The notes below the pieces were generated by a model. That model did no database searches. It saw only the letters and a list, made by a program, of their open reading frames with translations, and had not been told where the DNA came from. Positions 49,001 through 58,687 of a stretch of DNA of 64,000 bases are shown here, piece by piece; positions within the stretch are counted from its first letter, which is position 1; every line of letters begins with the position of its first letter. A program made the position numbers and the translations under genes. The stretch lies in assembly GCA_002633005.1 (NCBI GenBank), contig NMRA01000391.1, forward strand, positions 236,159-300,158, in the 5' to 3' direction. Source of the DNA: Phoronis australis (taxonomy: Eukaryota > Animalia > Phoronida).

Positions 49001-50243
49001 CGTTGGTTTTAAATATGTTCCATACCTGTTTTCATTACTTTCATTTAATACTCTTGTCTACTTGTTTTTTTTCTTACCAGTTAGGGTTGCTATCTTTTTA
49101 TTTTGTATTTAAACAAAGTATCAGAACAACTTAGAAGTCAGTTAATTCTGAACCCATCCCTAACTTTTTCAGATTACAGCTACACCAAACATGTCACAGT
49201 AAACAAAACTACATGCGTCATTAGTTCAAGTTCAATCGTTATTAGAACTCAAATCATAAAATACGTACAAAAGTGCAAACATGGTGATAACCAAACTGAG
49301 GATTTGGAACCTCTGGACGAATTTTGGTTGCAGTAACTACTTAACTATTCTAGCTTTGCCTCAGTCATAAAAAATGAAATCACAGTTCTTGCCCACCGAC
49401 CAACCTCATCCACTTTTTGCACTCTCTCGTTGACTACAAAGCTAGCCATCTTATTGTCTTCACAGGTGTTCCATTACCGTTCTACAAGCTACTATCGAAA
49501 TTGGCACATTTCCGCGAATAGCAATTTTAGTGTACTACTCCTGGAGCAGTAAGAAACATTAGTTGCCGATTAGGAAAGGAGATGTAGCCTCCAATGAGAT
49601 TGGGAGGTAGTTAGAGCACATATGAAGGACACCAACTGAAGTTAAGTAAAGAAGTCTGCTTAACCTCCCTTTTAGGGTTTAGGCAAATACTCTTCTGCTC
49701 AATCAAACATTTGTAAATGCACAATTGTGCTAGATGACAAGATGTCCTGCCTCATGAGCTTAACTCCAATTTGATCATGCCTATGGTATTTTTTGGACTT
49801 TGGACTCAATTTTATGCATACTGATTTACAGGTAAGGAAATGTCTTATCCCAAGCCATAGACCCCATCCAAACTTTTTTTTGGGAGCAGACAGCAAAGAA
49901 ACTAAGTCAAGAACTTATCACTATCACTAGATATCAATCACTTCATCATAAATTTAGTTATCGGGAATGTGAAGAGGATCCGGCAAACTGACATGCAATT
50001 GATTGCGGATTGTAACACTATCACTTATCAGCCATAGGCACAGGTAAGAAAGCAAGAAACTTCAAAGAATTGGCCGCTGAAGTTGAGAGTATCGCCGTAG
50101 ACGTCTCCAGACTCCTACATCAACTAATTCTTAGGTTATGCAAAACATACGTATGGCCTTATTCATTGTTTTGAACACAAACCTGTAAGGATTCCAATTT
50201 GAATTTTGTTTTGGGAACTTTGCGAAGCCGAACTATCCGCCAT
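2981..50243 (-). CDS. GPHN: Gephyrin / molybdenum cofactor biosynthesis protein (G domain + E domain), 17 exons in window, 3' end outside window
   Basis: join(complement 50183-50243, 48029-48107, 47347-47404, 46451-46543, 45183-45277, 44699-44765, 43564-43674, 37353-37452, 36890-37021, 35370-35462, 34385-34440, 33846-34024, 32021-32174, 30162-30283, 28788-28875, 14879-14952, 2981-3149). All introns GT-AG, phases consistent, 1731 nt = 577 codons with no stop. Hallmark motifs: [101 protein letters not shown]. Confidence 0.97.
6335..6574 (-). mobile_element. tRNA-derived SINE
   Basis: Minus strand reads GGAGGCAATGTGGCCTAGTG (A box) ... GCTTCGAGTCCC (B box), then a GACCCTTGAGCCAG core-like segment and a TTATTTTATTATTTT tail; no intact cloverleaf. 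Confidence 0.7.
6862..7382. mobile_element. PIF/Harbinger-like MITE
   Basis: TIRs AGGCCCTTTCACACT / AGTATGAAAGGGCCT (one mismatch), TGA/TAA flanks; related internal sequence in reverse orientation at ~2300-2385 and ~4760-4840. Confidence 0.65.
9042..9765. mobile_element. Foldback-type MITE with long imperfect TIRs and an internal 18-bp minisatellite
   Basis: TATGGAAAGCCAAAGC...GAATTAAACTCTC versus GAGAATTTAATTC...GCTTTGTCTTTCCATA; about six copies of AGAAAATTTCTTGCCAGG at 9228-9332, inverted degenerate copies at ~9535-9590. Confidence 0.7.
11375..11885 (+). repeat. Dispersed repeat, copy 1 (copy 2 at ~17410-17995)
   Basis: Colinear shared blocks: CTGCTAAAATTGTG, AAGTTTTTAGTA.TTTAATACCAGCAAA, TGTAAGTTTCACGA.GAG, TAACGGA..TCAACACACAG. 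Confidence 0.75.
13325..13507 (+). repeat. ~180-bp dispersed repeat; other copies at 52872-53060 (+) and ~47700-47900 (-)
   Basis: Shared GAAATTAGA...CTGCTGATTCCT..GTGTGACTGTAAGCTCT...TCAAGTTTAATC...GATCAGATC.TG.TGTTGGAAATTTCTTGGTTT. Confidence 0.8.
13838..14170 (+). repeat. Degenerate tandem repeat, ~125-bp unit, about 2.5 copies
   Basis: GATTGAAA.C.TTCAATC.AT.CTAA...AATCGCAAGGTAG...CAGGTGTAGAA repeated. Confidence 0.7.
14879..14952 (-). CDS. GPHN: gephyrin exon 16 ([25 protein letters not shown])
   Basis: CTTCAG acceptor, GTATGT donor; [10 protein letters not shown] motif; flanked by 13.8 kb and 11.7 kb introns. Confidence 0.97.
17410..17995 (+). repeat. Dispersed repeat, copy 2 (see 11375-11885)
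   Basis: Same colinear blocks as copy 1. Confidence 0.75.
19004..19100 (+). repeat. (ATT)n microsatellite
   Basis: Imperfect ATT/ACT run. Confidence 0.9.
22435..23560 (-). mobile_element. Decayed Tc1/mariner-superfamily (maT/DDxD-type) transposase
   Basis: Frameshifted fragments in correct order: [27 protein letters not shown] (~23550-23455), [13 protein letters not shown] (~23085), [44 protein letters not shown] (stop 22510-22512). Confidence 0.88.
28788..28875 (-). CDS. GPHN: gephyrin exon 15 ([29 protein letters not shown])
   Basis: TTTTCAG acceptor, GTAATT donor; TSGGVSMG motif. Confidence 0.97.
30162..30283 (-). CDS. GPHN: gephyrin exon 14 ([41 protein letters not shown])
   Basis: TTTCAG acceptor, GTATTC donor; GKIRDSN motif. 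Confidence 0.97.
32021..32174 (-). CDS. GPHN: gephyrin exon 13 ([51 protein letters not shown])
   Basis: ATTGTAG acceptor, GTATGC donor. Confidence 0.97.
32609..33321. mobile_element. Probable non-autonomous element bounded by short inverted repeats, containing a tRNA-like remnant
   Basis: TTATACCACAT at ~32610 and ATGTGGTATAA at ~33309; minus-strand A/B-box-like segment at ~32700-32775. Confidence 0.35.
33846..34024 (-). CDS. GPHN: gephyrin exon 12 ([60 protein letters not shown])
   Basis: CTTCTAG acceptor, GTAGAA donor; MoeA TGAPLP.GADAVV motif. Confidence 0.97.
34385..34440 (-). CDS. GPHN: gephyrin exon 11 ([19 protein letters not shown])
   Basis: TTTTAG acceptor, GTACGT donor; phases fit both neighbours. 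Confidence 0.93.
35370..35462 (-). CDS. GPHN: gephyrin exon 10 ([30 protein letters not shown])
   Basis: TTGCAG acceptor, GTGAGA donor; MoeA DGYAV motif. Confidence 0.97.
36890..37021 (-). CDS. GPHN: gephyrin exon 9 ([44 protein letters not shown])
   Basis: VARR.R.S.FPL.S motif at the start of the E domain; GTAAGG donor; an alternative phase-0 acceptor would start the exon at 37034. Confidence 0.92.
37353..37452 (-). CDS. GPHN: gephyrin exon 8, His-rich linker ([33 protein letters not shown])
   Basis: ATTACAG acceptor, GTAAGA donor, 100 nt, phase 0 in and 1 out; matches the phase-1 acceptor at 37021. Confidence 0.8.
38086..39711 (+). mobile_element. Kolobok-like DNA transposon (non-autonomous) with degenerate THAP domain
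   Basis: Perfect 15-bp TIRs AGGAGAATGCCACCC (38086-38100) / GGGTGGCATTCTCCT (39697-39711), TTAA on both flanks (38082-85, 39712-15), purine-purine 5' terminus. THAP-like remnant LFRLP...RKWL...[13 protein letters not shown] at ~38250-38514. Confidence 0.8.
40573..40578 (-). terminator. Putative polyadenylation signal of the nested gene / alternative terminal exon
   Basis: AATAAA on the minus strand about 135 nt after the stop codon. Confidence 0.5.
40713..41431 (-). CDS. Nested intronic gene, coding exon B ([21 protein letters not shown]...[11 protein letters not shown]...polyQ, stop)
   Basis: Acceptor CCCTTGCAG|GT in phase 1 joins the two longest ORFs of the window in frame (…GRCLPG-CKGMLH…). 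TAA at 40713-40715. Total 541 aa from ATG 42772 or 503 aa from ATG 42658. Confidence 0.85.
41866..42772 (-). CDS. Nested intronic gene, coding exon A: uncharacterised Cys/His-rich putative zinc-finger protein (N-terminal S/T/E-rich region plus first half of the Cys domain)
   Basis: 305-aa ORF ending at a perfect donor CCAG|GTGAGT (41866/41865), phase 1. The start is ambiguous: ATG 42772, ATG 42658 (MSKETVAS), or splicing into the acceptor at 42673. Confidence 0.85.
43440..43545. repeat. Short tandem repeat (~37 bp, about 3 copies) just downstream of the gephyrin exon 7 donor
   Basis: GCCATCA..AGGCAGCCTAC(AAC) units. Confidence 0.7.
43564..43674 (-). CDS. GPHN: gephyrin exon 7, end of G domain ([37 protein letters not shown])
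   Basis: TTTTAG acceptor, GTAAGT donor, 111 nt, phase 0/0; PHAVDLL motif. Confidence 0.95.
44699..44765 (-). CDS. GPHN: gephyrin exon 6 ([22 protein letters not shown])
   Basis: TTTGCAG acceptor, GTATTT donor; INLPGS motif. Confidence 0.96.
45183..45277 (-). CDS. GPHN: gephyrin exon 5 ([32 protein letters not shown])
   Basis: TTTTAG acceptor, GTAAGT donor. Confidence 0.96.
45751..46246. mobile_element. MITE with ~55-bp TIRs
   Basis: ACAGCCTCATCCCCAAGCCTTAAGATGGCGCTGAACGGTTTAGCAATTTGAGGCTT is the near reverse complement of AAGCCTCAAATGACTAAACCGATCAGCGCCATCTTGAGGCTTGGGGACAAGGCTGT. Confidence 0.8.
46451..46543 (-). CDS. GPHN: gephyrin exon 4 ([31 protein letters not shown])
   Basis: CTCTTAG acceptor, GTAAGT donor; G-domain GGTG signature. 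Confidence 0.97.
47347..47404 (-). CDS. GPHN: gephyrin exon 3 ([19 protein letters not shown])
   Basis: TTCATAG acceptor, GTAATC donor; IVPDE motif. Confidence 0.95.
48029..48107 (-). CDS. GPHN: gephyrin exon 2 ([27 protein letters not shown])
   Basis: TTTTGCAG acceptor, GTGAGT donor; MogA-type DxSGP motif. Confidence 0.95.
50183..50243 (-). CDS. GPHN: gephyrin exon 1 ([20 protein letters not shown])
   Basis: ATG at 50243, donor AG|GTTTGT, phase 1; joins exon 2 to give GILT-VSD. Confidence 0.9.
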
Positions 50244-50680
50244 TTTCGCCTAACTAATTATATAGTCTCAAATCAAATAAATTATTCTAATATATTAGTA
50301 ATTTCTAGCTTTTGCTCTATTATATAACAACTTAAAAGATCCAAATAGAGTAATTATAATGTTATAAAATGCACACGTATCTTTTTATTGTATTTTAAAT
50401 TTTATGTTTTGCTAAAACTGAGACTGCGTTTCGTCAGAGACTGTTGGTCACGTGTGGACGGTAGGAGGATCCGAGCAGCTGTTTGTTTACAAGTAGAAAG
50501 GGAACGTGTTTTTAACATGTGAAAACAAGTGCTTAAGTGTGTGTTTTAAGTTAAAGTTGCATAACAATGCAATGTCTATTTGTGAAATTTCAATTTTGAA
50601 ATGTTTTAATCGTAAACCGTATTAAGAAAATGAGCGTGGTTGTAACCAGTTCTTTGGCCTCCGGGCCTTCTCTGTGAGTG
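50244..50680. promoter_or_regulatory. Putative bidirectional promoter between GPHN (-) and TPC (+), with a GTCACGTG E-box at 50447-50454
   Basis: Divergent genes; locally CpG-richer segment 50425-50480; candidate TPC first-exon donor CT|GTGAGT at 50673/50674. Confidence 0.5.
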
Positions 50681-52353
50681 CTGTGGATGGATATGGATAG
50701 GGGAATGGCACTCAGTGACGAGCCTGACTTGTTGGCAGTTTGATGCACCAACCCTGCTATCTGGGGCAGGGTCCTGAGTGACCAATAGTTATTGCCGAAT
50801 TGTGGTGCTAACTTTTGAGTGAAATTATACTAAGAACAAGAAAGTTTAATTAATTAGTGCAGATCGACTTCACCTGGCTTTTTTGATGATCTTTGATTCT
50901 TTGCTTTTGTAAGAATTAAGTTGGATTCAATCCTGTCGCGAGTGTGATCTACTTGGACAAGTGTTAATACAGTTGTGATGACCGCATTGTCCGGTGCGAG
51001 AAAGACCCAATTCAGTGTAATTATCGGACCATATACTATGGCGAATTTTCAAATGCATTAACCAATAATTTTTTTCGTTAAAAACGAACACCATGGCGAT
51101 ATTCAGCTGGAAAAAAACAAGCACGTATGGTTTTTGATTTTTAAAAATCGAACTAATAAGCTAAAAACTCATAAACTTGAACGATCATGCATATTAATAT
51201 ATACTCCGTGGATTTACACTCAAACGCTGATCAGAGTTAGCAATATCGTATGCATTATTTGTTTAATATTCTTTCAATCTCATTTAACCAGATTTTTGAC
51301 CAGGAAACAGTTGTCCTTATCTTGTACCCACTCTTCATTTTGTGTGACGGACAAAAAGCTAGATTGAATTGTTATGTAGTCAGTGCAACTGCCTTTTATC
51401 CAGCTATTCCAAATGTTCAGTTTGGCTATCTCCATTTGCACTTTCGTATATTTTTATGATTTCAGTTCTAATAAAGTTTAAATGTGAACTAATGACACGT
51501 GTAGTGTTGTTTGATGTGAAAATGAAATGTTCAGTGTAGCTGTAATCTGGAAAGTTCTCAATTAACTAAACTAATTAAGTTTCGTTGGCGATCAAAATTT
51601 ACCACAGACTGTTCTGGTAGTTTAAAAATAAAATATAAATATATCAACCCCTTCACCGTAAGAAAAAAACAAGTAGACAGGAGTACTAAAAATGAAACAA
51701 TGAAAACTGGTATGAAACATTTTTAAAACCATCGTTCCTTTGGGAAGTGTCTTTTTGTGAAGGTGAACATAAATTAACTTTTTAGTCATTTTGTAATATT
51801 TAAAATGTACCAAGTTAAAACTGCTCTGCTCTTGCAGATGGTAACTCTGTATAAATAGTGTAATAACAACCACCACTGTTGAGATAGTAGTGCACTTCAT
51901 TAGCTCAGATCTACATCAATACAAAGGGCAAGCTGAATAGGCATTGTGAAACTTGTCTGGGACTAAGGGAATCTGAGTGGTGACCAGTGTAAGCCAGAAA
52001 TTCTCCACATGTCACTCCGCACTGGTCAAGCATGGACACATTCATTGGTCAGATGCATTAAACGTTAGTCGCTGCTACTGTAGACCATCTAAAACTGTGA
52101 TGAATGGTTTTAGACATTACATATTTGTTCAAAAAGTAATCTCTTTGTTATGAGATGTCTGGAATTGTTTTTTTTTTTCATTCACACATGGTCTCCCAAT
52201 TTCATGAACCTAGCTTGAACTAATATTCTGGAATTCACATTAATTAGTTTTCTGTAATTTTTCATACAGGTTGTCTACTTGGTAGTGATGTCGGTGACTG
52301 TGAGAAGTGAATTTGCCGATAATAGCTGAGACTTCAACAACCACTGGCATATC

Positions 52354-52500
52354 ATGTCGTCTGTCAACCATGTGACTGATGCTGACAATGTGGTAGTAGA
52401 AGGTTCTTCGTCGTCTGCTACCAATGGTGTTAGTCACCATACAGGGAATCACAATGTTTCATTCCCACCTTCACAAAGTACTGGACTGCTTGACAGTAAT
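52354..52500 (+). CDS. TPCN3: TPC coding exon 1 (MSSVNHVTDADNVVVEGSSSS...SQSTGLLDSN)
   Basis: In-frame upstream stop, GTAAGA donor in phase 0; low-complexity N-terminus with an LL pair; upstream acceptor TTTTCATACAG ends at 52269. Confidence 0.65.
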
Positions 52501-55500
52501 GTAAGATTTAATCTTTGACATTATATGTAATTTACATTCCTTTATTTAATTAGACATTTGTAGTGCTCACTCCGCGCGTGCTTAATTTGGAAGCTCGAAA
52601 GTTTAGAGAGGGCGTTAAGTGAGCCGAGTATGCGTGTTAAAAAACAAAATTTTTGATGAGTAGAGAGTGAGCGCTTATGGACATACCTTAACAGTCGATC
52701 AGGTTTATTTCCAAGTACCTACATTTAGGTCAGACTTCATGAGTAAATTAGAACTGGTGAACTGTTTGTTAATTTAGAAGTAAATGAGTTTTGTCTGTTT
52801 TGGGAGCTCAAATTCATACAAAACTGATACTTTCACTTTCACCTAAAAATACTTCAAACAAAGAAAAACAGTTGACCCTCAAAGAAATTAGATTTAACTG
52901 TCTGCTGATTCCTTTGTGTGACTGTAAGCTCTAACCCACATACTACCACAGCATTGTTTACAATAGGCTTGCTTGTCAAGTTTAATCCAACCTAACACTA
53001 GGTCAGATCGTGATGTTGGAAATTTCTTGGTTTCAACATTCCGGGGAATGGTCCGTAACATTCTCTTTTTGCCTCTTCTTCACTGACTGGAATAGTTCAT
53101 TGCTGTTTATTACAGACCATGCAGGTTGCTGCCACTCTTGTTTTGGATGCCAAGTATGGGCGTAACTTGACATTCAAGAAGGACCCAGACTCTGTCAAGT
53201 GAGTTGTGTTGCATAGCAGTTAAGTTTAACATAGACTGTGTTGCTGTCCAGTGACAATCTTTGTTTTCAACCAAACAACATAAAAGTAAACAAAAGCTAA
53301 AACAATGATAGTGCAGTATTTTTATATACATACACTATATATGGTAAAATGCCACCAATTTTGGATAAAATAATTTCTAAAATTTTCCTTTTCTCATTTT
53401 TCAATGGCTTCTTACGTGGTTGCGAATGGTCATAACTTTCAAAACAGTTACAATTATGGTACACACCATGACCATGGCAACCCATTAAAGTGGTGACTAC
53501 AATATCTTTCGTGGAAACAATCAGAAAATTAAATTTCACTTGTCAGTCATGTCCGAAATTGTTGAGGTTTTACTCTACAGCATCCAAAGTTTTGATGGAC
53601 ACACTAACTTTGCATCATCTCTTGGGGGTCGGACAAATTACGCCATTTTCCCCGGTTGCTCCCAACTTGCTCGATTCTATAGCCCAACAACAAATTGGGA
53701 AGTTTACCCCTGTAGCCAATATCTTACACGACTGATTAACTCCATTCTGGCATTTATGGTTGGAGGGCCAGCTCTCTTTTGTTCGATAATTGCTCTAATC
53801 TACCATAAGGTGGTATCTACCCTGACTGGGCTGTGCTGTTAAAAATAAAAGTTAAGTTATAACATATTTGAACATAAACCAATAGCATTTCTGAAATCTT
53901 TGTCAAATAGTGATCATGTTTAGTTTTTGGATCGCCAAAATCGCCCAACTGCAACCGAAGTTGTGACAATCTGTTCTGTCTGAATACACCAATTCACTCT
54001 GAGTTTGACTATGTTTACACAGGTCTGTAATAAGCCTGGTAGATAATTGACCTGCTTGTTGTCATAACTGACAAAAGAGTGTGCTTGACAGTTAACAAAG
54101 AAGCTATATGTTATCACAGGCTCAGAACCCCCTACATCTGGTAAAGTCACTAAAAGGGAAAACGCTGTCATGAACTGACAGTCACAGGGCGAGAAATGTG
54201 AGTGAATCAGAAAATGGCTGCAGTACAAAGCATACTCTGCAGCTATTTTCCAATTTGTTCACAATGATCGTCCGTTTTTCGTGATGGGAGTGTTAAGTCT
54301 ATCAAAATATTGGATGTTGGGTTTAGTGTATATCGAAGTTATTGGACTATGGATATTGCAGAGTTTTTGTTAACCTTCATATAAAGACCATATGTATTTG
54401 CGTCTAGTTGGAAACATGACCATAGCATTTATTCCTTTAATCAGATTACTTGCTCTTCTTGCCTAGGTTTTAACATTTTGTTGTGTGCTTGTATGCATGT
54501 ATCCATAGAGAAAGCTTAAGTGTTGACAGCATTTTTATTGATTGTTTGGTGTTAAGTGACAGAATCTGGGCCTGTTTAATGAAGTCACTTAAGTCTTAAG
54601 ACAAATTTGGTATTACGCACCATACAATTGTTATTGAAAAATAACTGAATCACGCTTGAACAAAAGTGCTGTCTGTGAGATTATTCACATACTTGATGGT
54701 TCGTGAGATATTTGATATGAATCATTTCTAGACTATAATGCACTCATAATTTCTTTACTAAGTATTTATTCACCAATTCTGAAGTGGGAGTATAAGGCCA
54801 CGTTTCTGTCTTAAGTCGCAGCCTTAGACCCAGATCTGCTCTTTCAGACATTTTGATTTAGCGGATTTGTTGACGTTTCAGGCAAACGAGCTAGAGAATT
54901 GCAAACACACAGTAATTCAGTTATTTCGCGCAAAAACAATTGAAAAAACGGTGAATTTCCGTGGCTGATTACATTTTTGCAAATAATTGGTACATTAGCA
55001 AATTGAATATTGTGTTATAACATCTACATCCTGCAAATCATGATTGTAATAGTCTAACATGTTTTTAATCTTTACTTTTGTGAAGATATTTAACGAAACA
55101 GAATTTCACTTGTCGGCCATAATTTGTGCTACGAAAGTGGAGAATTGCCACGACTGTTTTCATCAAATTCACTACCTGAGATTTTTGGTCCATCAGATTT
55201 TAACAGATAATGTCAGTATGTCTGTGACAATCAGTTGGATTACAGAAGGTGTTCTGGTGCCATCTACCTTGACATCCCTTTATGGTGTAATTATCACTAT
55301 CTGCCTACACTTTGTGGTCTAAAATGCCATTGATGTTGGACGGATGATATAAACTCAACACATGAATTGAGAACTCTCGTATCACCCTGTAACTAATATT
55401 ATACAATTTATTTTTGACATTTTCTGTTTAACTTACTGAGTATGACCGGACATTAGAGTTACCAGTCCATGTATTTCTTTAGGAACTATATAATGTTTCA

Positions 55501-58500
55501 TCACTTCCTGATGAGGTGGACACTCTACCTGTTGATACTGGTCATCCTGGCTCTGGCCATCTTTGAACGTCCAGCTGTGGTTACTTCACCTTATTGGGTG
55601 AGTGACGGTTTAATTTTTCCATTACATTGTTGTCTTCTGTGGTACTAAATTCTGTGTATAGCAGCAAAACTGTTTAGATTCATTGTCCTTAGAAAATTGT
55701 GAAGATAGGATTTGACACTTAACTGAGACTTAACTGACTGAGGTAAGATCGTTTAATTCAGTTGAGAATTGCTAGTCGTACCTGACATAAACAAGAAAGG
55801 GATATGGTGGATACTTGGTGTCAGGAAGGGTTATAGTAACAAAGAGGAGAGATGAAAAGATTTTGTTCTCCTTTCCTTTCCAAAATCCCTCTTCCATTGA
55901 TCGTAAGTAGTTGCCACACATTTGTGAAACTTGATAATTATGCAAAATTTTTGACCATGAGTCATTGTTCTGAAGCCGTCACCATTTGGAAAAGTGAATA
56001 TCTGGTGCCATGTTTTACTTAGTGTTAAGTTATTATTCAGCTAGTGTAGTCACACAGTCACTAAGTGTCTGTTTACCAAATGATTTCACCAAATCAAGTC
56101 ATTCCAATCATCAGTCCTATATCCGTTAGGTTATCAGAGTTTAACAATCAATTCAAAAACCTTTAGTTGCTAGAAATAAATTAAACTCCCACACAGCACT
56201 AATTAGGTCAAGTCGAATTCATAACTTTGACCTTGAACATATCAAGTTAACAAATTAAGATAAATCCTCCTGTTGAAGCAATCCCTAAATTCCGCAGTGT
56301 TATCGTGTGCAATTGGAAGGTAACTCTCCCTAAAAACAAAAATGAAGGGTTCCACCCTGCCAATGCTTGAAACAAAACAATGGTTATCAAAGATAATGCT
56401 GCATGGGGCTTTACTTGGATTAAACATAATTTCAGATTGTGCTCTATGCAATCACTCAGGTATCCAACTTATGTTGGTTACTTTGATGTACTGAGTGACT
56501 TCATTTCCAGTCTGTTCCAGGCTTCCATGTTAGTTGAGGGCTTATGTACTGAGTGATTTCATTTCCATTCCATTCCAGGCTACCATGCTAGTTGAGGGCT
56601 TGTGTTTGGGCTTCTTCCTCTTCAGAGCACTGCATGCATCCAGATTCCAGACAAATAAAGATTACTTTGGAGATAAAAAGAACGTTGTTATACTAGTGAT
56701 TATTGTGGTATGTTGATTTTAATAAAGTATTGTTCTCTTCAAGTTCATAAAATTGCAGTTTTCCATTTTTTCAAGGCTGATTGTATTCAATGTTAAAGTG
56801 TGCACAATTTTACCAAAGTTTTGTTTTACGAAGTAAATTAATATAAAACCAACCATGTTAGTGGTGAAATAGGGTTTTCCTCAACTTGTATTTTTGATAA
56901 GCGAAATTTTAAATTCCATCATATGCCTTGAATTGAAGAATGTCTACCATGTAGTTGATATGACAGCTGATCATTTGATTTACATCTTCATTTTTGTTTG
57001 AGATGTTAGAAAAAAGCGCTTTGATTTTTACAATCCCTTAGTTGCTAAATGTTTCTCATTTGGTGTTTATGTTTCATGTATCGTGATATGGTCAGTTGTT
57101 GGCTGTTGATTCGTTTCATGCCAATCAATACTTAGCCACACCCCTTGATATTTTTAATGTATTTCCTTACTATTGTCCAACACATTTTGAATGGTGCATG
57201 GAAATTCTTAACAACATCCATTCTGACTTTGATATCAGATCAGTGCTCAACTACATTCATTCATATTTTTTAGCTCTCTTTCTTTGATATGATCTGCTAC
57301 ACCATTTGAAGCAGTACTGAGTCAAATCTGTTGCACTGTCTGATGTCAATAAATAATTAGCCCCACCCATTGATACTTCCAGCTCACTTTCATTGATATG
57401 ATCTGCTACACCATTTGAAGCAGTACTGAGTCAAATCTGTTGCACTGTCTGATGTCAATAAATAATTAGCCCCACCCATTGATACTTCCAGCTCACTTTC
57501 ATTGATATGATCTGCTATGTTGTTTGGACCAGTGTGACACCAGAGAATGCCAAGCCCCACCCATTCCGCTGGTCACGACCTTTACGACCATTATTCATTG
57601 TTAACTTTGGTGAAGGGAAGGAGGTAAATACCTTTATATTCTTAAACTTCACCTGCTCAATTAAAGCTCTCCTATACAATCAAGTAAGGCAGGTTGAAGG
57701 TAATTGTCAGTCGTCCTGTAACCCTTTCATATTCCGTCAAAACAACTTTTTAAATGAGTGCATCTTTTCTGAATTCCTTGTCTTAAGCTGTCATAGAATC
57801 ATTTGTAATCACCTGACCATTTTTGTGAAAAGTATGACTGGGTCTAGTACGACATCTTTTGAACTTAATTTTGCGAATGAGTGTTGTCACTTATTTCTCA
57901 CCCTTGCCATATTGATTAAAAAATTTGGCTGGTTGACGTGGCAAAAAACCCTCCGTTCATCACAAAAATTATTTAGTGTATTAAGCTTTATAAAATTGGT
58001 CTCAAATTTCTGCTTAATCAAACTGGAGATGATATTAAGGCTTCAAAAAAGGAGTTGCTTATTGCTTGAAACCTGGCTCTCCAAGTTGGCATCTCTTATG
58101 TCATTTTATGCCCGACTTTGCTCTGAAGGAATAGCAAACTGTCAGCACTAATCAAACCCTCAAATTACTTCTCGTCTGAGTATGAAATAAGTAGAGACCA
58201 AATATGTAAATGTATTATTATTATTTATGTTATAATAACATTATAAATGTATTATTATTATTTATGTTATAATAACATAAGGGTGCCAGTAAATACAATC
58301 TCAAAGACAGAATATTCACCACACCCCCAGACTTAATGGGCTTACTCAATCACCTAATAACAATTAAATCATGACATAATATATTGCACACACTCAAATA
58401 TGACCGCTTCAGACTACCGTAGTTTATAAACAAATAATTACTTCTAACCTGCAAAGCGTCTTGAATGAATTTCGCTAGAGTTGTCTAAATCAAGGTTTAA

Positions 58501-58687
58501 TACACTAGATGGACCGTGAGTTTATAGCTGTTGTAATTTTGTAAGATATTGATATTTACCTCACACAGATTCGCCGTGCCTTCAGAAATATTCGACGCAC
58601 AGTTCCAGGGATCATCTATGTGCTAATTCTCTTTTTCTTCAGTGTGGCAGTCTATGCACTGTTGGGCATGCAGTTGTTTAGAAAGAG
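52354..58687 (+). CDS. TPCN3: Two-pore calcium/sodium channel, TPC3-like; 5' part (N-terminus to S5 of domain I), continues beyond the region seen
   Basis: join(52354-52500, 53116-53198, 55483-55597, 56579-56707, 57492-57623, 58569-58687), GT-AG and phase-consistent. Protein reads AATLVLDAKYGRN..., LALAIFERPA, DKKN, LTFIDMI, RWSRPLRPL (S4), IRRAFRNIRRTVP..., all typical of two-pore channels. Paralog assignment to TPC3 rests on recalled similarity. Confidence 0.88.
53116..53198 (+). CDS. TPCN3: TPC exon (TMQVAATLVLDAKYGRNLTFKKDPDSVK)
   Basis: TTTATTACAG acceptor, GTGAGT donor; pre-S1 helix motif. Confidence 0.88.
55483..55597 (+). CDS. TPCN3: TPC exon, S1 (NYIMFHHFLMRWTLYLLILVILALAIFERPAVVTSPYW)
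   Basis: TTTCTTTAG acceptor, GTGAGT donor; LA.FE.P motif. Confidence 0.92.
56579..56707 (+). CDS. TPCN3: TPC exon, S2 (ATMLVEGLCLGFFLFRALHASRFQTNKDYFGDKKNVVILVIIV)
   Basis: CATTCCAG acceptor, GTATGT donor; 129 nt, phase 0/0. Confidence 0.92.
57492..57623 (+). CDS. TPCN3: TPC exon, S3-S4 (LTFIDMICYVVWTSVTPENAKPHPFRWSRPLRPLFIVNFGEGKE)
   Basis: CTTCCAG acceptor, GTAAAT donor; R-x2-R-x2-R S4 pattern. Confidence 0.93.
58569..58687 (+). CDS. TPCN3: TPC exon, S4-S5 linker and S5 (IRRAFRNIRRTVPGIIYVLILFFFSVAVYALLGMQLFRKR)
   Basis: CACACAG acceptor, GTTAGT donor; basic S4-S5 linker. Confidence 0.93.

Noticed and set aside
57507-58151. 214-aa ORF (and its 152-aa copy at 61074-61532) as an independent gene
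   Set aside because: It is the TPC S3-S4 exon reading through its donor into intron. The intronic part has no recognisable motif and indels break the frame in the second copy.
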